Positions 16,049 to 24,110 of a DNA stretch of 64,000 nt are shown one piece after another; the stretch's first letter is position 1, and the number at the start of each line of letters is the position of its first letter. The translations under genes were made by a program, and so were the position numbers. Source of the stretch: Candidatus Azambacteria bacterium. Lineage in GTDB: Bacteria; Patescibacteriota; Minisyncoccia; UBA10092. Location of the stretch: assembly GCA_016213445.1 (NCBI GenBank), contig JACRAJ010000001.1:206203-270202 (forward strand). Reading direction: 5' to 3'. The notes beneath the pieces are model-generated. The model was not told the DNA's origin. It worked only from the letters and a program-made list of their open reading frames with translations, and did no database searches.

Positions 16049-17617
16049 ATGCGAGCAATGGCGGATACTAATTTTTATCTGAATATCGGGCGGGCTTCCG
16101 AAATAACCGATAAAAAGGAGCGGCGTTTTTATCGCGCGCTGGAAATTCTTCCCGCCGCGCTGTCTTGGCTTACGCTTTTTCTGGTTTTATTGTTGTCTTG
16201 GCTTTTGCCAGTTTGGATGGCGATTTTCATTATCGCGTTCGACGTTTACTGGCTTTTTAAGACGATATTCCTGTCGCTTCATATGCGCGCGGCCTTCAAT
16301 AAGATGAAAATTAATTTGAAAAAAAACTGGCTTGAAGAGTTGAAGCGCGTCGAAGCCGGTTCGGAAATTTTGGCGGGCGCCAAATGGCAAGATATATACC
16401 ATTTGGTTATTCTTCCGATGTACAAGGAGTCGCTTGAAGTCGCAAGAGCGAGTTTTTCGAGCTTGATGAAAATAAATTATCCTCCGGATAAATTGATCGT
16501 GGTTTTGGCGATTGAAGAGAGCGGCGGAGAGGCGGCTTTGAAGACGGCCGAAGAAATTGAGCGCGAATTCGGCGATAAATTTTTCAAATTTTTGATAACT
16601 GTTCATCCCGCTAATATTGCGGGAGAAATTGCCGGAAAGGGCAGCAACGACGGCTGGGCGATAAAGGAAGCAAAAAATAAAATCATTGATCCGCTTAAAA
16701 TTCCGTATGAAAGAATTATCGTTTCTTGTTTCGACGTTGACACCGTCGTCCATTTAGACTTTTTCGGCTGTTTGACTTTTCATTACTTAAAATCCGAAAA
16801 GCCGCTTCGCTCGTCGTTCCAGCCCATTCCGCTTTTTACGAACAACATTTGGCGCGCGCCGGCCTTTGCCAGAGTTTTTGCTTTTTCAACCACTTTCTGG
16901 CAGATGATCCAACAATCGCGTCCCGAACGGCTTATAACTTTTTCTTCCCAGTCCATCGGTTTTAAGCCGCTGGCCGATATCGGCTTTTGGCAAACGAACG
17001 TGGTTAGCGAGGATTCGAGAATTTTTTGGCAGTGCCTTCTTCATTTTGACGGCGATTGGCGCACGGTTCCGCTTTATTTTCCGGTATACATGGACGCCAA
17101 TGTTGCCGAAACTTTTTGGCAAACTTTAAAAAATCAATACAAGCAAATTCAACGCTGGGCTTACGGCGTCGAAAATAATCCTTATTTTTTGTACGGGTTT
17201 GCGAAAAATAAAAAAATAAGCCGAAGCAAAAAATGGCGCCTCGGATTCGTTATGGTTGAAAGCGCGCATTCGCTCGCCACAAATTCTTTGATTATTTTCT
17301 TGTTGGGGTGGCTTCCGACATTTGTCGGTCGTGGCCGTTTTTCCGAAACTCTTCTTTCTTACAATTTGCCGTCCGTAACCCGCTGGATTATGACTTTGGC
17401 GATGGTGGGTTTGGTTTTTACCACTATTTTGGCAATCAACCTTTTGCCGCCCAAACCGCCTTATTATGGCCGCTTTAAGTATGCATGGATGGTTTTGCAA
17501 TGGTTATTGCTTCCGATAAACATGATTATTTTCGGCGCCATTCCGGCCCTGGACGCTCAAACCCGCTTGGCGCGCGGAAAATACATGGGATTTTGGAACA
17601 CCCCGAAATCGAGATGA
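16049..17617 (+). CDS. Membrane-embedded processive family-2 glycosyltransferase (cellulose/chitin-synthase-like)
   Basis: TM helices flank a GT-A domain with ILPMYKES, SCFDVDT, VSEDSRIF (TED-like) and QIQRWAYG (QxxRW). Start may be ATG 16058. Confidence 0.8.
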   Translation: MRAMADTNFYLNIGRASEITDKKERRFYRALEILPAALSWLTLFLVLLLSWLLPVWMAIFIIAFDVYWLFKTIFLSLHMRAAFNKMKINLKKNWLEELKRVEAGSEILAGAKWQDIYHLVILPMYKESLEVARASFSSLMKINYPPDKLIVVLAIEESGGEAALKTAEEIEREFGDKFFKFLITVHPANIAGEIAGKGSNDGWAIKEAKNKIIDPLKIPYERIIVSCFDVDTVVHLDFFGCLTFHYLKSEKPLRSSFQPIPLFTNNIWRAPAFARVFAFSTTFWQMIQQSRPERLITFSSQSIGFKPLADIGFWQTNVVSEDSRIFWQCLLHFDGDWRTVPLYFPVYMDANVAETFWQTLKNQYKQIQRWAYGVENNPYFLYGFAKNKKISRSKKWRLGFVMVESAHSLATNSLIIFLLGWLPTFVGRGRFSETLLSYNLPSVTRWIMTLAMVGLVFTTILAINLLPPKPPYYGRFKYAWMVLQWLLLPINMIIFGAIPALDAQTRLARGKYMGFWNTPKSR

Positions 17618-17621
17618 AATT

Positions 17622-19745
17622 TTATTCCAAATGAATTTTGTTTCTAAATTCTGCGAGGCGGGTTTTTAATAACGGATACGCGTTTAAATTGGGGTCGCGG
17701 GAAATTATTTCTTTCGCGGCCGCGCGTGTTTGTTCGACAAGCTTTGCGTCGGTCAGCGAGGCGATGGCCAAATCCGGAAGCCCTGCCTGGCGGACGCCGG
17801 TAAAATCGCCCGGGCCCCTTATTTCCAAATCGCGCTCGGCCAAATCAAAGCCGCTTTGGGCCGATTCAAGAGCTTTCAGCCGCCGGTTTGTTTTATCGGA
17901 CGGCGATTCGGTTAAGAGGAAGCAATAAGATTGATGTTCGCCGCGGCCCACTCGGCCACGAAATTGGTGCAGCGAAGCCAAGCCGAAACGGTCGGCGCCT
18001 TCTATCATCATTATCGTGGCGTTCGGAATATCAATGCCCACTTCGACCACCGAAGTCGCTACCAGAATATCCAGATTTTTATCCAAAAATTCCGACATTA
18101 TTTTTTCCTTTTCTTTCGGTTTCAAACGGCCGTGAAGAAGCCCGATTTTAAATTCCGGAAAAATTTTTTCCTGAAGCCTCTCTTGTTCTTTTTTTGCCGC
18201 TTTTATTTCTCTGGCTTCAAGAAGTTTTTCCGACAGTTTTTTCGATTCCTCGATAAGGGGGCAGACGATGAAAGCCTGGCGGCCTTTTTTAATTTCGGTT
18301 TTTATGAATTCATAGATTCGGTTGCGACCTTCCGGCGGCGCGATTTCGGTTATGATGTTTTTTCGTCCCTTCGGCATTTCCTTTATCAAAGACAAATCAA
18401 GGTCTCCCCAAACGGTCAAACCGAGAGTTCTCGGGATCGGCGTGGCCGACATTGATAATAAATGGGGGACTAATTGCGGCGCGGGGCGCCGCAAAATTTC
18501 GGCTCTTTGATTAACGCCGAAACGATGCTGTTCATCGATAATCGCCAAAGCCAGATTTTTGAAACGGATGTTTTTTTGGATAAGCGAATGAGTGCCGATA
18601 ACTATTTTAATTTCTCCGGAAGCGACTTTTTCGATGAATTTGTTTTTGGAAATTTTTTCGCCTTTATCATTGAAAATTTTGGCTTCCGAAGAAGTTAATA
18701 GGCCGGTGGCAATATTGAATTTGTTTAAAAGCGGCGAAATTTTTTCAAAATGCTGGCGGCTCAAAATTTCCGTCGGCGCCATAAAAGCCGTTTGATAGCC
18801 GTTTGAAGCGGCGAGGCAAGCCGCCATTGCGGCGACGACGGTTTTTCCGCTGCCGACATCTCCTTCCAAAAGGCGATTCATAGGCCGATTTTTCGACATA
18901 TCCTGGATTATCTGCCAGGCGGCTTTTTTCTGGTCGCCGGTCAATTCGAATGGCAACGCGCCGACGAATTTTTTGGCCATTTTCTCGTCGAACGGCACTT
19001 CCGGCGCTTTTTGTTTTTGAAGTTTGAGGCGGCTCTGCCCCATAAAAAGCTGTAAAATAAAAAGTTCTTCAAAAGCGAAGCGTTTTTTGGCGAGCGCGGC
19101 TTTTTCGGCGGTTTCGGGAAAATGCATTTGAGACAAGGCGCTGTTCAAATCCGGAAGATTATTATCTTTTTTAATTTCTTTCGGCAGAGGGTCGGGAATT
19201 TGGGCGACGAAGCGAAGCAAAGGCTTGATTATCAGCCTTAACCAGCGGGAAGTGAGCCCGTAGGTTTCGGGATAAACCGGCACCAATCGGCCGGTATGCA
19301 AGGTTTCTTTTTGTCGGCGCGAATCTCCGTCGCGGCCCGTGATTTCATAAGCCGGATTGGAAAAACAAAGCCGCTTTTTGCTTAAAACGACTTTGCCGGA
19401 AAGATTGATTTGGTTGCCGGGCTGGAATTGGTTTAAAAGATAGGGCTGGTTAAACCAAACCGATTTAATTTCGCCGGTTCCGTCTTCAATCAATATTTCC
19501 GTCAAAACCATGCGCCTTCTGAAAATATTTATGTTTTTGGCGCTTAAAATTTTTCCGCCGGCCGTGGCTTGGCAGTCCGTTTTGATGTCGGCAATAGAAA
19601 TGAAATTTGAAAAATCCTCATAGCGGAAGGGGAAATGGTAAAGCAGGTCCCGAACCGTTTTTATTTTAAGTTTGGCCAGTTTTTTTACCGCCGCCGGCCC
19701 GAAATATTTTATATTTTGAATCGGCGCGTCAAGAATTTGTACCAT
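17622..19745 (-). CDS. recG: ATP-dependent DNA helicase RecG
   Basis: Wedge/OB N-terminus, GDVGSGKTVVA (Walker A), IIDEQHRFGV, helicase C motifs QFRGRVGRG; 707 aa. Confidence 0.95.
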   Translation of the reverse strand: MVQILDAPIQNIKYFGPAAVKKLAKLKIKTVRDLLYHFPFRYEDFSNFISIADIKTDCQATAGGKILSAKNINIFRRRMVLTEILIEDGTGEIKSVWFNQPYLLNQFQPGNQINLSGKVVLSKKRLCFSNPAYEITGRDGDSRRQKETLHTGRLVPVYPETYGLTSRWLRLIIKPLLRFVAQIPDPLPKEIKKDNNLPDLNSALSQMHFPETAEKAALAKKRFAFEELFILQLFMGQSRLKLQKQKAPEVPFDEKMAKKFVGALPFELTGDQKKAAWQIIQDMSKNRPMNRLLEGDVGSGKTVVAAMAACLAASNGYQTAFMAPTEILSRQHFEKISPLLNKFNIATGLLTSSEAKIFNDKGEKISKNKFIEKVASGEIKIVIGTHSLIQKNIRFKNLALAIIDEQHRFGVNQRAEILRRPAPQLVPHLLSMSATPIPRTLGLTVWGDLDLSLIKEMPKGRKNIITEIAPPEGRNRIYEFIKTEIKKGRQAFIVCPLIEESKKLSEKLLEAREIKAAKKEQERLQEKIFPEFKIGLLHGRLKPKEKEKIMSEFLDKNLDILVATSVVEVGIDIPNATIMMIEGADRFGLASLHQFRGRVGRGEHQSYCFLLTESPSDKTNRRLKALESAQSGFDLAERDLEIRGPGDFTGVRQAGLPDLAIASLTDAKLVEQTRAAAKEIISRDPNLNAYPLLKTRLAEFRNKIHLE

Positions 19746-19748
19746 ATG

Positions 19749-19820
19749 TCCCCTCGGTAGGAATCGAACCTACATCGCGAGAACCGCAATCTCGTGTCCT
19801 GTCCATTGAACGACGAGGGG
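19749..19820 (-). tRNA. tRNA-Arg (anticodon GCG)
   Basis: Acceptor CCCCTCG/CGAGGGG (C1-G72), D-arm GTTCAATGGACAGGAC, anticodon loop TTGCGGT, T-arm GTAGGTTCGATTCCTAC; discriminator is 3 nt from the recG ATG. Confidence 0.85.
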
Positions 19821-19841
19821 ATTTTGAACTTACATCGTACC

Positions 19842-20309
19842 TTAAAAAAATCTTTTTCTCAACAAATCTATCAACGATTCTTGTTCTTCTTTTTCCGGCA
19901 GATATTTTTCAAGAATCGCTCTTATTTTATTTTCATCATCGCCGTAAAAGGGCGCGACGAGAAGCGGCGACAAATGCCTTTTGCGCCGCAAAACCAATTC
20001 CGGATTTTTTCCGATATGGGCGGGGAAAATCCAAAAAGATTCAAAATCTTCATACGGGGATATTTTTTTTTCGATATGAAATCCTTCGCCGTCCAAACGG
20101 AAATTAATAAGTTCCGGCTTTTGGTTTTTGTTGGCGTAAATGATAAACATCGCCAAGGCTACTATCGCAATCAGGAGATAATTTTTCAGCAAAATTGAAA
20201 AAACAACGAGCGCGAACGCCAAAATTCCCAAAGCCCAAAACCATTCCGCGCTTTTCGGCGTAAAATCCGGCTCTTCTATTTTCCATTCAAAATTGTTTTC
20301 GATTTCCAT
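19842..20309 (-). CDS. Hypothetical two-TM membrane protein
   Basis: Start moved to ATG 20309 (MEIENNFEWK...) because the longer ORF overlaps tRNA-Ser; WFWALGILAFALVVFSILL and LLIAIVALAMFIIY helices; soluble C-terminal ~85 aa. Confidence 0.6.
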   Translation of the reverse strand: MEIENNFEWKIEEPDFTPKSAEWFWALGILAFALVVFSILLKNYLLIAIVALAMFIIYANKNQKPELINFRLDGEGFHIEKKISPYEDFESFWIFPAHIGKNPELVLRRKRHLSPLLVAPFYGDDENKIRAILEKYLPEKEEQESLIDLLRKRFF

Positions 20310-20398
20310 GGCGGAAGCGGGAGGATTCGAACCTCCGATGCCCTTTCGGGCATACCGCATTTCGAGTGCGGCCCATTCGGCCTCTCTGGCACGCTTCC
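20309..20398 (-). tRNA. tRNA-Ser (anticodon CGA), CCA encoded
   Basis: GGAAGCGTGCCAGAGAGGCCGAATGGG..., anticodon loop CTCGAAA, long variable arm TATGCCCGAAAGGGCATC, T-arm GGAGGTTCGAATCCTCC, ...CGCTTCCGCCA; terminal A is the A of the next ATG. Confidence 0.9.
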
Positions 20399-20463
20399 AC
20401 AATACCCAATTTTAATACTTTGCGGCGGATTTTGCCAAATATTTCTGAACTTGCGCAAATAAA

Positions 20464-20494
20464 AAGGGCGGCGTCAAAGACGCCGCCCATAGCT
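20464..20494 (-). terminator. Rho-independent terminator after the small membrane-protein gene
   Basis: Minus strand GGGCGGCGTC-TTT-GACGCCGCCC followed by TTTTTATTT. Confidence 0.8.
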
Positions 20495-20506
20495 TCGCGA
20501 GAAAAT

Positions 20507-20731
20507 CTACTTGACGTAGATTTTCTCATATGTTGGCGGAAGCGGGGAAAGCGGCAGGGGCTTTCCCTTTGCATCCTCCACAGCCAAAATTTTATTTTGG
20601 CTGACGGAAAACTTTACCCTGGGCATGTCGGTGCAAGACCGGACACCCCAAAGTAGTTCAAAAAAGACAATCGCGATTGCCGCGATTGTCAAAACAAACT
20701 TTACTGCCTTTACTGCAAATTTTGCCGCCAT
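20507..20731 (-). CDS. Small single-TM protein with Pro-rich tail
   Basis: Strong RBS GAAAGGAGGAGAAG immediately upstream of ATG 20731; FVLTIAAIAIVFFELLWGV helix; overlaps the response-regulator 3' end by 74 nt out of frame. Confidence 0.6.
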   Translation of the reverse strand: MAAKFAVKAVKFVLTIAAIAIVFFELLWGVRSCTDMPRVKFSVSQNKILAVEDAKGKPLPLSPLPPTYEKIYVK

Positions 20732-21119
20732 CTTCTCCTCCTTTCTTAAATCTATTCCTCAAACAATCACTGATCACATAACGCAACCAGTCTAAACCAA
20801 ATGGTTTATCAATCACCCCGTCGGCAAGATGATGGGGTGGAATCGCGTCCGAATTGCCTGTCATTATAATGACAGGCAATTCGGGTCTTAAAGTTTTTGC
20901 TTTTTTCGCGAGTTGGACACCATTTAACCCGCGTCCCCCCGAGAGATTGAAATCTGTAATTATCAGATCAACCCCTTCTATATGCTCAATGGCCTGTTCG
21001 CCATTTTCACATATAATCGGTTGGTGCGACATTGATCGGACTAAGTGTCCGACCAACTTTCCAATCGGCTTCTCATCGTCAATGATGAGAATTTTTTTTC
21101 CTGTCTTTTTTCCTGCCAT
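20658..21119 (-). CDS. Stand-alone CheY-like response-regulator receiver protein
   Basis: KILIIDDEK, LIITDFNLSG (phospho-Asp), IIMTGNSD, IDKPF; RBS AAGGAGA; no output domain, 28-aa basic/Cys-containing tail. Confidence 0.88.
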   Translation of the reverse strand: MAGKKTGKKILIIDDEKPIGKLVGHLVRSMSHQPIICENGEQAIEHIEGVDLIITDFNLSGGRGLNGVQLAKKAKTLRPELPVIIMTGNSDAIPPHHLADGVIDKPFGLDWLRYVISDCLRNRFKKGGEDGGKICSKGSKVCFDNRGNRDCLF

Positions 21120-21162
21120 AATTTCTCCTTGTTTTAAAAGATCTCGTTTTATTATACGTTAT

Positions 21163-21191
21163 GTTATATCAACTGTAAACAGATTTGTCAA
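21163..21191 (-). promoter_or_regulatory. Consensus-like sigma70 promoter for the response-regulator operon
   Basis: Minus strand TTGACA (21191-21186), 17-nt spacer, TATAAC (21168-21163), ~45-nt leader with SD. Confidence 0.65.
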
Positions 21192-21205
21192 ATTTACCGG
21201 CATTG

Positions 21206-21276
21206 TCCCCCCACTAGGAATCGAACCTAGATCAATTGCTTAAGAGGCAACTGCTTTACCACTAAGCTATGGGGGG
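21206..21276 (-). tRNA. tRNA-Lys (anticodon CTT)
   Basis: Acceptor CCCCCCA/TGGGGGG (C1-G72), TAGCTTAGTGGTAAAGC, anticodon loop CTCTTAA, T-arm CTAGGTTCGATTCCTAG. Confidence 0.85.
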
Positions 21277-21299
21277 CTTTTGCGCGCCCTGTAGGATTC

Positions 21300-21341
21300 G
21301 CCACGGGATGAACCCGTGGCGCCCCGAGTTCATCTCGGGGC
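21300..21341 (-). ncRNA. Two abutting 21-nt hairpins with mutually complementary loops in the tRNA-Arg/tRNA-Lys spacer
   Basis: Plus strand GCCACGGG-ATGAA-CCCGTGGC then GCCCCGAG-TTCAT-CTCGGGGC; loops are reverse complements (7 nt including closing pairs). Confidence 0.5.
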
Positions 21342-21351
21342 GAACCCCTTG

Positions 21352-21423
21352 CGCGCTCTAGAGGAATTGAACCCCTATCACCGGTTCCGAAGACCGGTGC
21401 TCTATCCGTTGAGCTAAGAGCGC
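21352..21423 (-). tRNA. tRNA-Arg (anticodon TCG)
   Basis: GCGCTCTTAGCTCAACGGATAGAGC, anticodon stem CCGGT/ACCGG with loop CTTCGGA, T-arm AGGGGTTCAATTCCTCT, acceptor AGAGCGC. Confidence 0.88.
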
Positions 21424-21444
21424 CGAAGAAAAATACCATAAAAA

Positions 21445-23010
21445 TCACTTTTCGGCAAGAATTTTCAACAAGCTTTTGCCGGTCATTTCCGGCGGTTGCG
21501 GCAAACCCATCAATTCCAAAATCGTCGGCGCCACATCGGCCAAGATGCCGCCGACTTCGATTTTTTCCACTTCGATTTTTTCCACCGATTTTTCCCGTTT
21601 GAAATCGTCGCCAACCAGATAAAAAGGCACGGGATTGGAAGTGTGTTCGGTGATTGGCATGCCCGTTAGAAGGTTTATTTTTTCATCGGCATTGCCGTGA
21701 TCGGCGGTGATGGCCAACACTCCGCCGCTTTTTAAAACCTCGGCCATAACTTTTCCGATTTCTCCGTCTAAAATTTCAATCGCCGAAACCGTGGCTTTAA
21801 AATTTCCGGTGTGGCCGACCATATCGGCGTTGGCATAGTTCATAATGATGAAATCGTATTTTTTTGAATTGATCGCTTCAATTAATTTTTCGGTAACCTC
21901 GGAAGCGGACATTGCCGTATTTTCGGCAAAGTCATGGTCTTTTCTCGTCGGTATTAAAATTCGGTCTTCGTTGGGAAAGGGGGTTTCTACGCCGCCGTTG
22001 AAGAAATATGTTACATGGGCGTATTTTTCCGTTTCGGCGACATGCAGCTGCGTCTTTCCGGCATCGGAAACAACTTTGGCAAGCATATTTTTTATTTGGA
22101 GCGGTTCGAACAAAACGTTCGGCGTCAGGCCTTTTTCATAGAGGGTCATTGTCGCGATATATAGTTTGCCGATTTTTTTTCTTTCGAATTTGTCGAAATT
22201 TTCCTCGGCGAAAGCGCGCGTCAATTGCCGGGCGCTGTCTTCCCGAAAATCGATGAATATTATTGCGTCGCTTTCTTTAACGGGTTCGTTTTCTATGACT
22301 TTTGGCTCGATGAATTCGTCTTCTATGTTTTTATCATAATCCGATTTAATGGCGCTTGCGGCGTCGGAAAAAATTTCTCCCTTGCTTTCCGTCATCAGGC
22401 GATAGGTGGTTTCGGTTCTGTCCCAGTTGTTATTCCGATCCATGGCAAAATGCCGGCCGATTAAACTGGCAATTTTGACGAACGGATAATCGCTATTCAG
22501 CCTGTTTTGGATTTTTTCATAAAGGTTTAAAGCGTCTTTTGGCGGCGAGTCGCGGCCGTCGGTAAAAGCGTGGATAAAAACTTTTTGGAGATTTTCTTTT
22601 TTGGCGAATTCCAAAATGGCGTAAAGGTGGTCGATATAGCTGTGCACGTTGCCGCTTCCGACAAGGCCGGCGATATGAAGCGCGGAATTATTTTTTTTCA
22701 CCTGTTCGGCGGCTCCAACGAGCGCCGGTATTTTAAAAAACGAGCCGTCGCGGATGGCGAAAGTGATGCGGGGGAGGTATTGGTAAACAATTTGGCCGGC
22801 TCCCAAATTCAAATGGCCGACTTCGGAATTGCCTTCTTCGCCCCAAGGCAGTCCCACGGCGATGCCCGAAGCTTGCAGATTGGTCATCGGGAAATTTTTT
22901 TCGATGGAATCGATATTCGGCTTTTTCGCTTTGAAGATGGCGTTGGCCGCGTTTTCCGGCCCGCGTCCGTAGCCATCAAGTATCACCAAAATAACAGGTT
23001 TATATGTCAT
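21445..23010 (-). CDS. gpmI: 2,3-bisphosphoglycerate-independent phosphoglycerate mutase
   Basis: PVILVILDGYG, NSEVGHLNLGAG, FTDGRDSPP, ITADHGNA; first ATG is 23010 (the ORF-track start 23025 is a TTG). Confidence 0.95.
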   Translation of the reverse strand: MTYKPVILVILDGYGRGPENAANAIFKAKKPNIDSIEKNFPMTNLQASGIAVGLPWGEEGNSEVGHLNLGAGQIVYQYLPRITFAIRDGSFFKIPALVGAAEQVKKNNSALHIAGLVGSGNVHSYIDHLYAILEFAKKENLQKVFIHAFTDGRDSPPKDALNLYEKIQNRLNSDYPFVKIASLIGRHFAMDRNNNWDRTETTYRLMTESKGEIFSDAASAIKSDYDKNIEDEFIEPKVIENEPVKESDAIIFIDFREDSARQLTRAFAEENFDKFERKKIGKLYIATMTLYEKGLTPNVLFEPLQIKNMLAKVVSDAGKTQLHVAETEKYAHVTYFFNGGVETPFPNEDRILIPTRKDHDFAENTAMSASEVTEKLIEAINSKKYDFIIMNYANADMVGHTGNFKATVSAIEILDGEIGKVMAEVLKSGGVLAITADHGNADEKINLLTGMPITEHTSNPVPFYLVGDDFKREKSVEKIEVEKIEVGGILADVAPTILELMGLPQPPEMTGKSLLKILAEK

Positions 23011-23016
23011 AAATAC

Positions 23017-23045
23017 ATAATACAATTTTTAAGTTTTATTGACAA
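23017..23045 (-). promoter_or_regulatory. sigma70-type promoter placing the start site at the gpmI ATG (leaderless)
   Basis: Minus strand TTGTCA (23045-23040), 17-nt spacer, TATTAT (23022-23017), 6 nt, ATG 23010. Confidence 0.55.
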
Positions 23046-23067
23046 AATTATGAAACGATATTAAATT
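23039..23067 (+). promoter_or_regulatory. sigma70-type promoter placing the start site at the rpsL ATG (leaderless)
   Basis: TTGACA (23039-23044), 17-nt spacer, TAAATT (23062-23067), 7 nt, ATG 23075; its -35 overlaps the -35 of the divergent gpmI promoter. Confidence 0.6.
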
Positions 23068-23074
23068 ACAGCGT

Positions 23075-23485
23075 ATGCCGACAATTCATCAATTAATAAA
23101 AAAACCAAGGAAGTCAAAAAAGAGCAAAACCAAGTCTCCGGCTTTGCAGTACTATTTTAATTCCATCAAAAACCGGCCGGTTTTTTCCGCGTCGCCGTTT
23201 AAGCGCGGCGTTTGCGTAAAAGTTTTCACCACCACCCCGAAAAAACCGAACTCGGCTTTGCGGAAAGTGGCCAGGGTCCGCCTCACCAACGGAAAAGAAG
23301 TGGCGGCTTATATTCCGGGCGAAGGCCATAATTTACAGGAACACTCCGTGGTGGTTATCCGCGGCGGCAGGGTAAAAGACCTTCCGGGCGTCCGCTACCA
23401 TATAGTTCGGGGAGTTTTGGATTTCTCCGGCGTTGACGGCAGAAAACAGCAAAGGTCCAAATACGGCGCGAAAACACCTAAGTAG
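23075..23485 (+). CDS. rpsL: 30S ribosomal protein S12
   Basis: [10 protein letters not shown]...[56 protein letters not shown]. Confidence 0.98.
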   Translation: MPTIHQLIKKPRKSKKSKTKSPALQYYFNSIKNRPVFSASPFKRGVCVKVFTTTPKKPNSALRKVARVRLTNGKEVAAYIPGEGHNLQEHSVVVIRGGRVKDLPGVRYHIVRGVLDFSGVDGRKQQRSKYGAKTPK

Positions 23486-23491
23486 TAACAA

Positions 23492-23557
23492 GTGACATGA
23501 GACAAGAAATTATTTTTTATTACATGTCGCATGCCGCGTGTTATATGTCGCAAATTT
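23492..23557 (+). repeat. Left arm of a long inverted repeat bracketing rpsG
   Basis: GTGACATGAGACAAGAAATTATTTTTTATTACATGTCGCATG...ATGTCGCAAATTT; begins 6 nt after rpsL stop, ends at the rpsG ATG; complementary to 24024-24110. Confidence 0.85.
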
Positions 23558-24025
23558 ATGAGAAGAAAAACAAAAATAAAAAAAGTTGAAAATATTGATC
23601 CGAAGTACGGCAGTCCCTTGGTGGGCAAATTTGTCAATTACATCATGCGCCAAGGGAAAAAATCCACGGCCCAAAGGGTGGTTTACGGCGCTTTTGATAT
23701 TATAAAAGAAAAAACCAAGGGCGATCCGATGGAATTGTTCGAAAAGGCGATTAAAAACATCACGCCGGCTTTGGAAGTGAAATCCCGCCGTGTCGGTGGC
23801 GCCAATTATCAGGTGCCCCAGCCGGTGCGTCCGGACAGGAAAATCCAGCTGGCTTTCAGGTGGGTTATTAACGCCGCCAAAGCGAAAAAAGGCAAGTCGA
23901 TGGCCGAAAAGTTGGCCGAAGAATTTATGCTGGCGGCAAACAACGAAGGCGCGGCTATCAAGAAAAAACTGGATACCCACAGAATGGCGGAAGCGAACAG
24001 AGCGTTCGCGCATTTTAGCTGGTAA
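23558..24025 (+). CDS. rpsG: 30S ribosomal protein S7
   Basis: [46 protein letters not shown]...GGANYQVP; start moved to ATG 23558 by comparison with the usual S7 N-terminus. Confidence 0.95.
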   Translation: MRRKTKIKKVENIDPKYGSPLVGKFVNYIMRQGKKSTAQRVVYGAFDIIKEKTKGDPMELFEKAIKNITPALEVKSRRVGGANYQVPQPVRPDRKIQLAFRWVINAAKAKKGKSMAEKLAEEFMLAANNEGAAIKKKLDTHRMAEANRAFAHFSW

Positions 24026-24110
24026 ATTTGCGACATGTAATATGCAACATGCAACATGCAACATGTGACATATAATAAAAAATAATTTTTTGTCTCTTGT
24101 CTCTTGTCAC
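24024..24110 (+). repeat. Right arm of the inverted repeat bracketing rpsG
   Basis: AAATTTGCGACAT...(CATGCAA)x3...AATAAAAAATAATT...TGTCTCTTGTCTCTTGTCAC; starts inside the rpsG stop codon, ends 6 nt before fusA ATG. Confidence 0.85.

Noticed and set aside
21277-21351. Degenerate or pseudo-tRNA between tRNA-Arg and tRNA-Lys (it contains GGTTCG)
   Set aside because: It cannot be folded into a cloverleaf: there is no anticodon arm and no D-arm. Two equal hairpins are the obvious fold.
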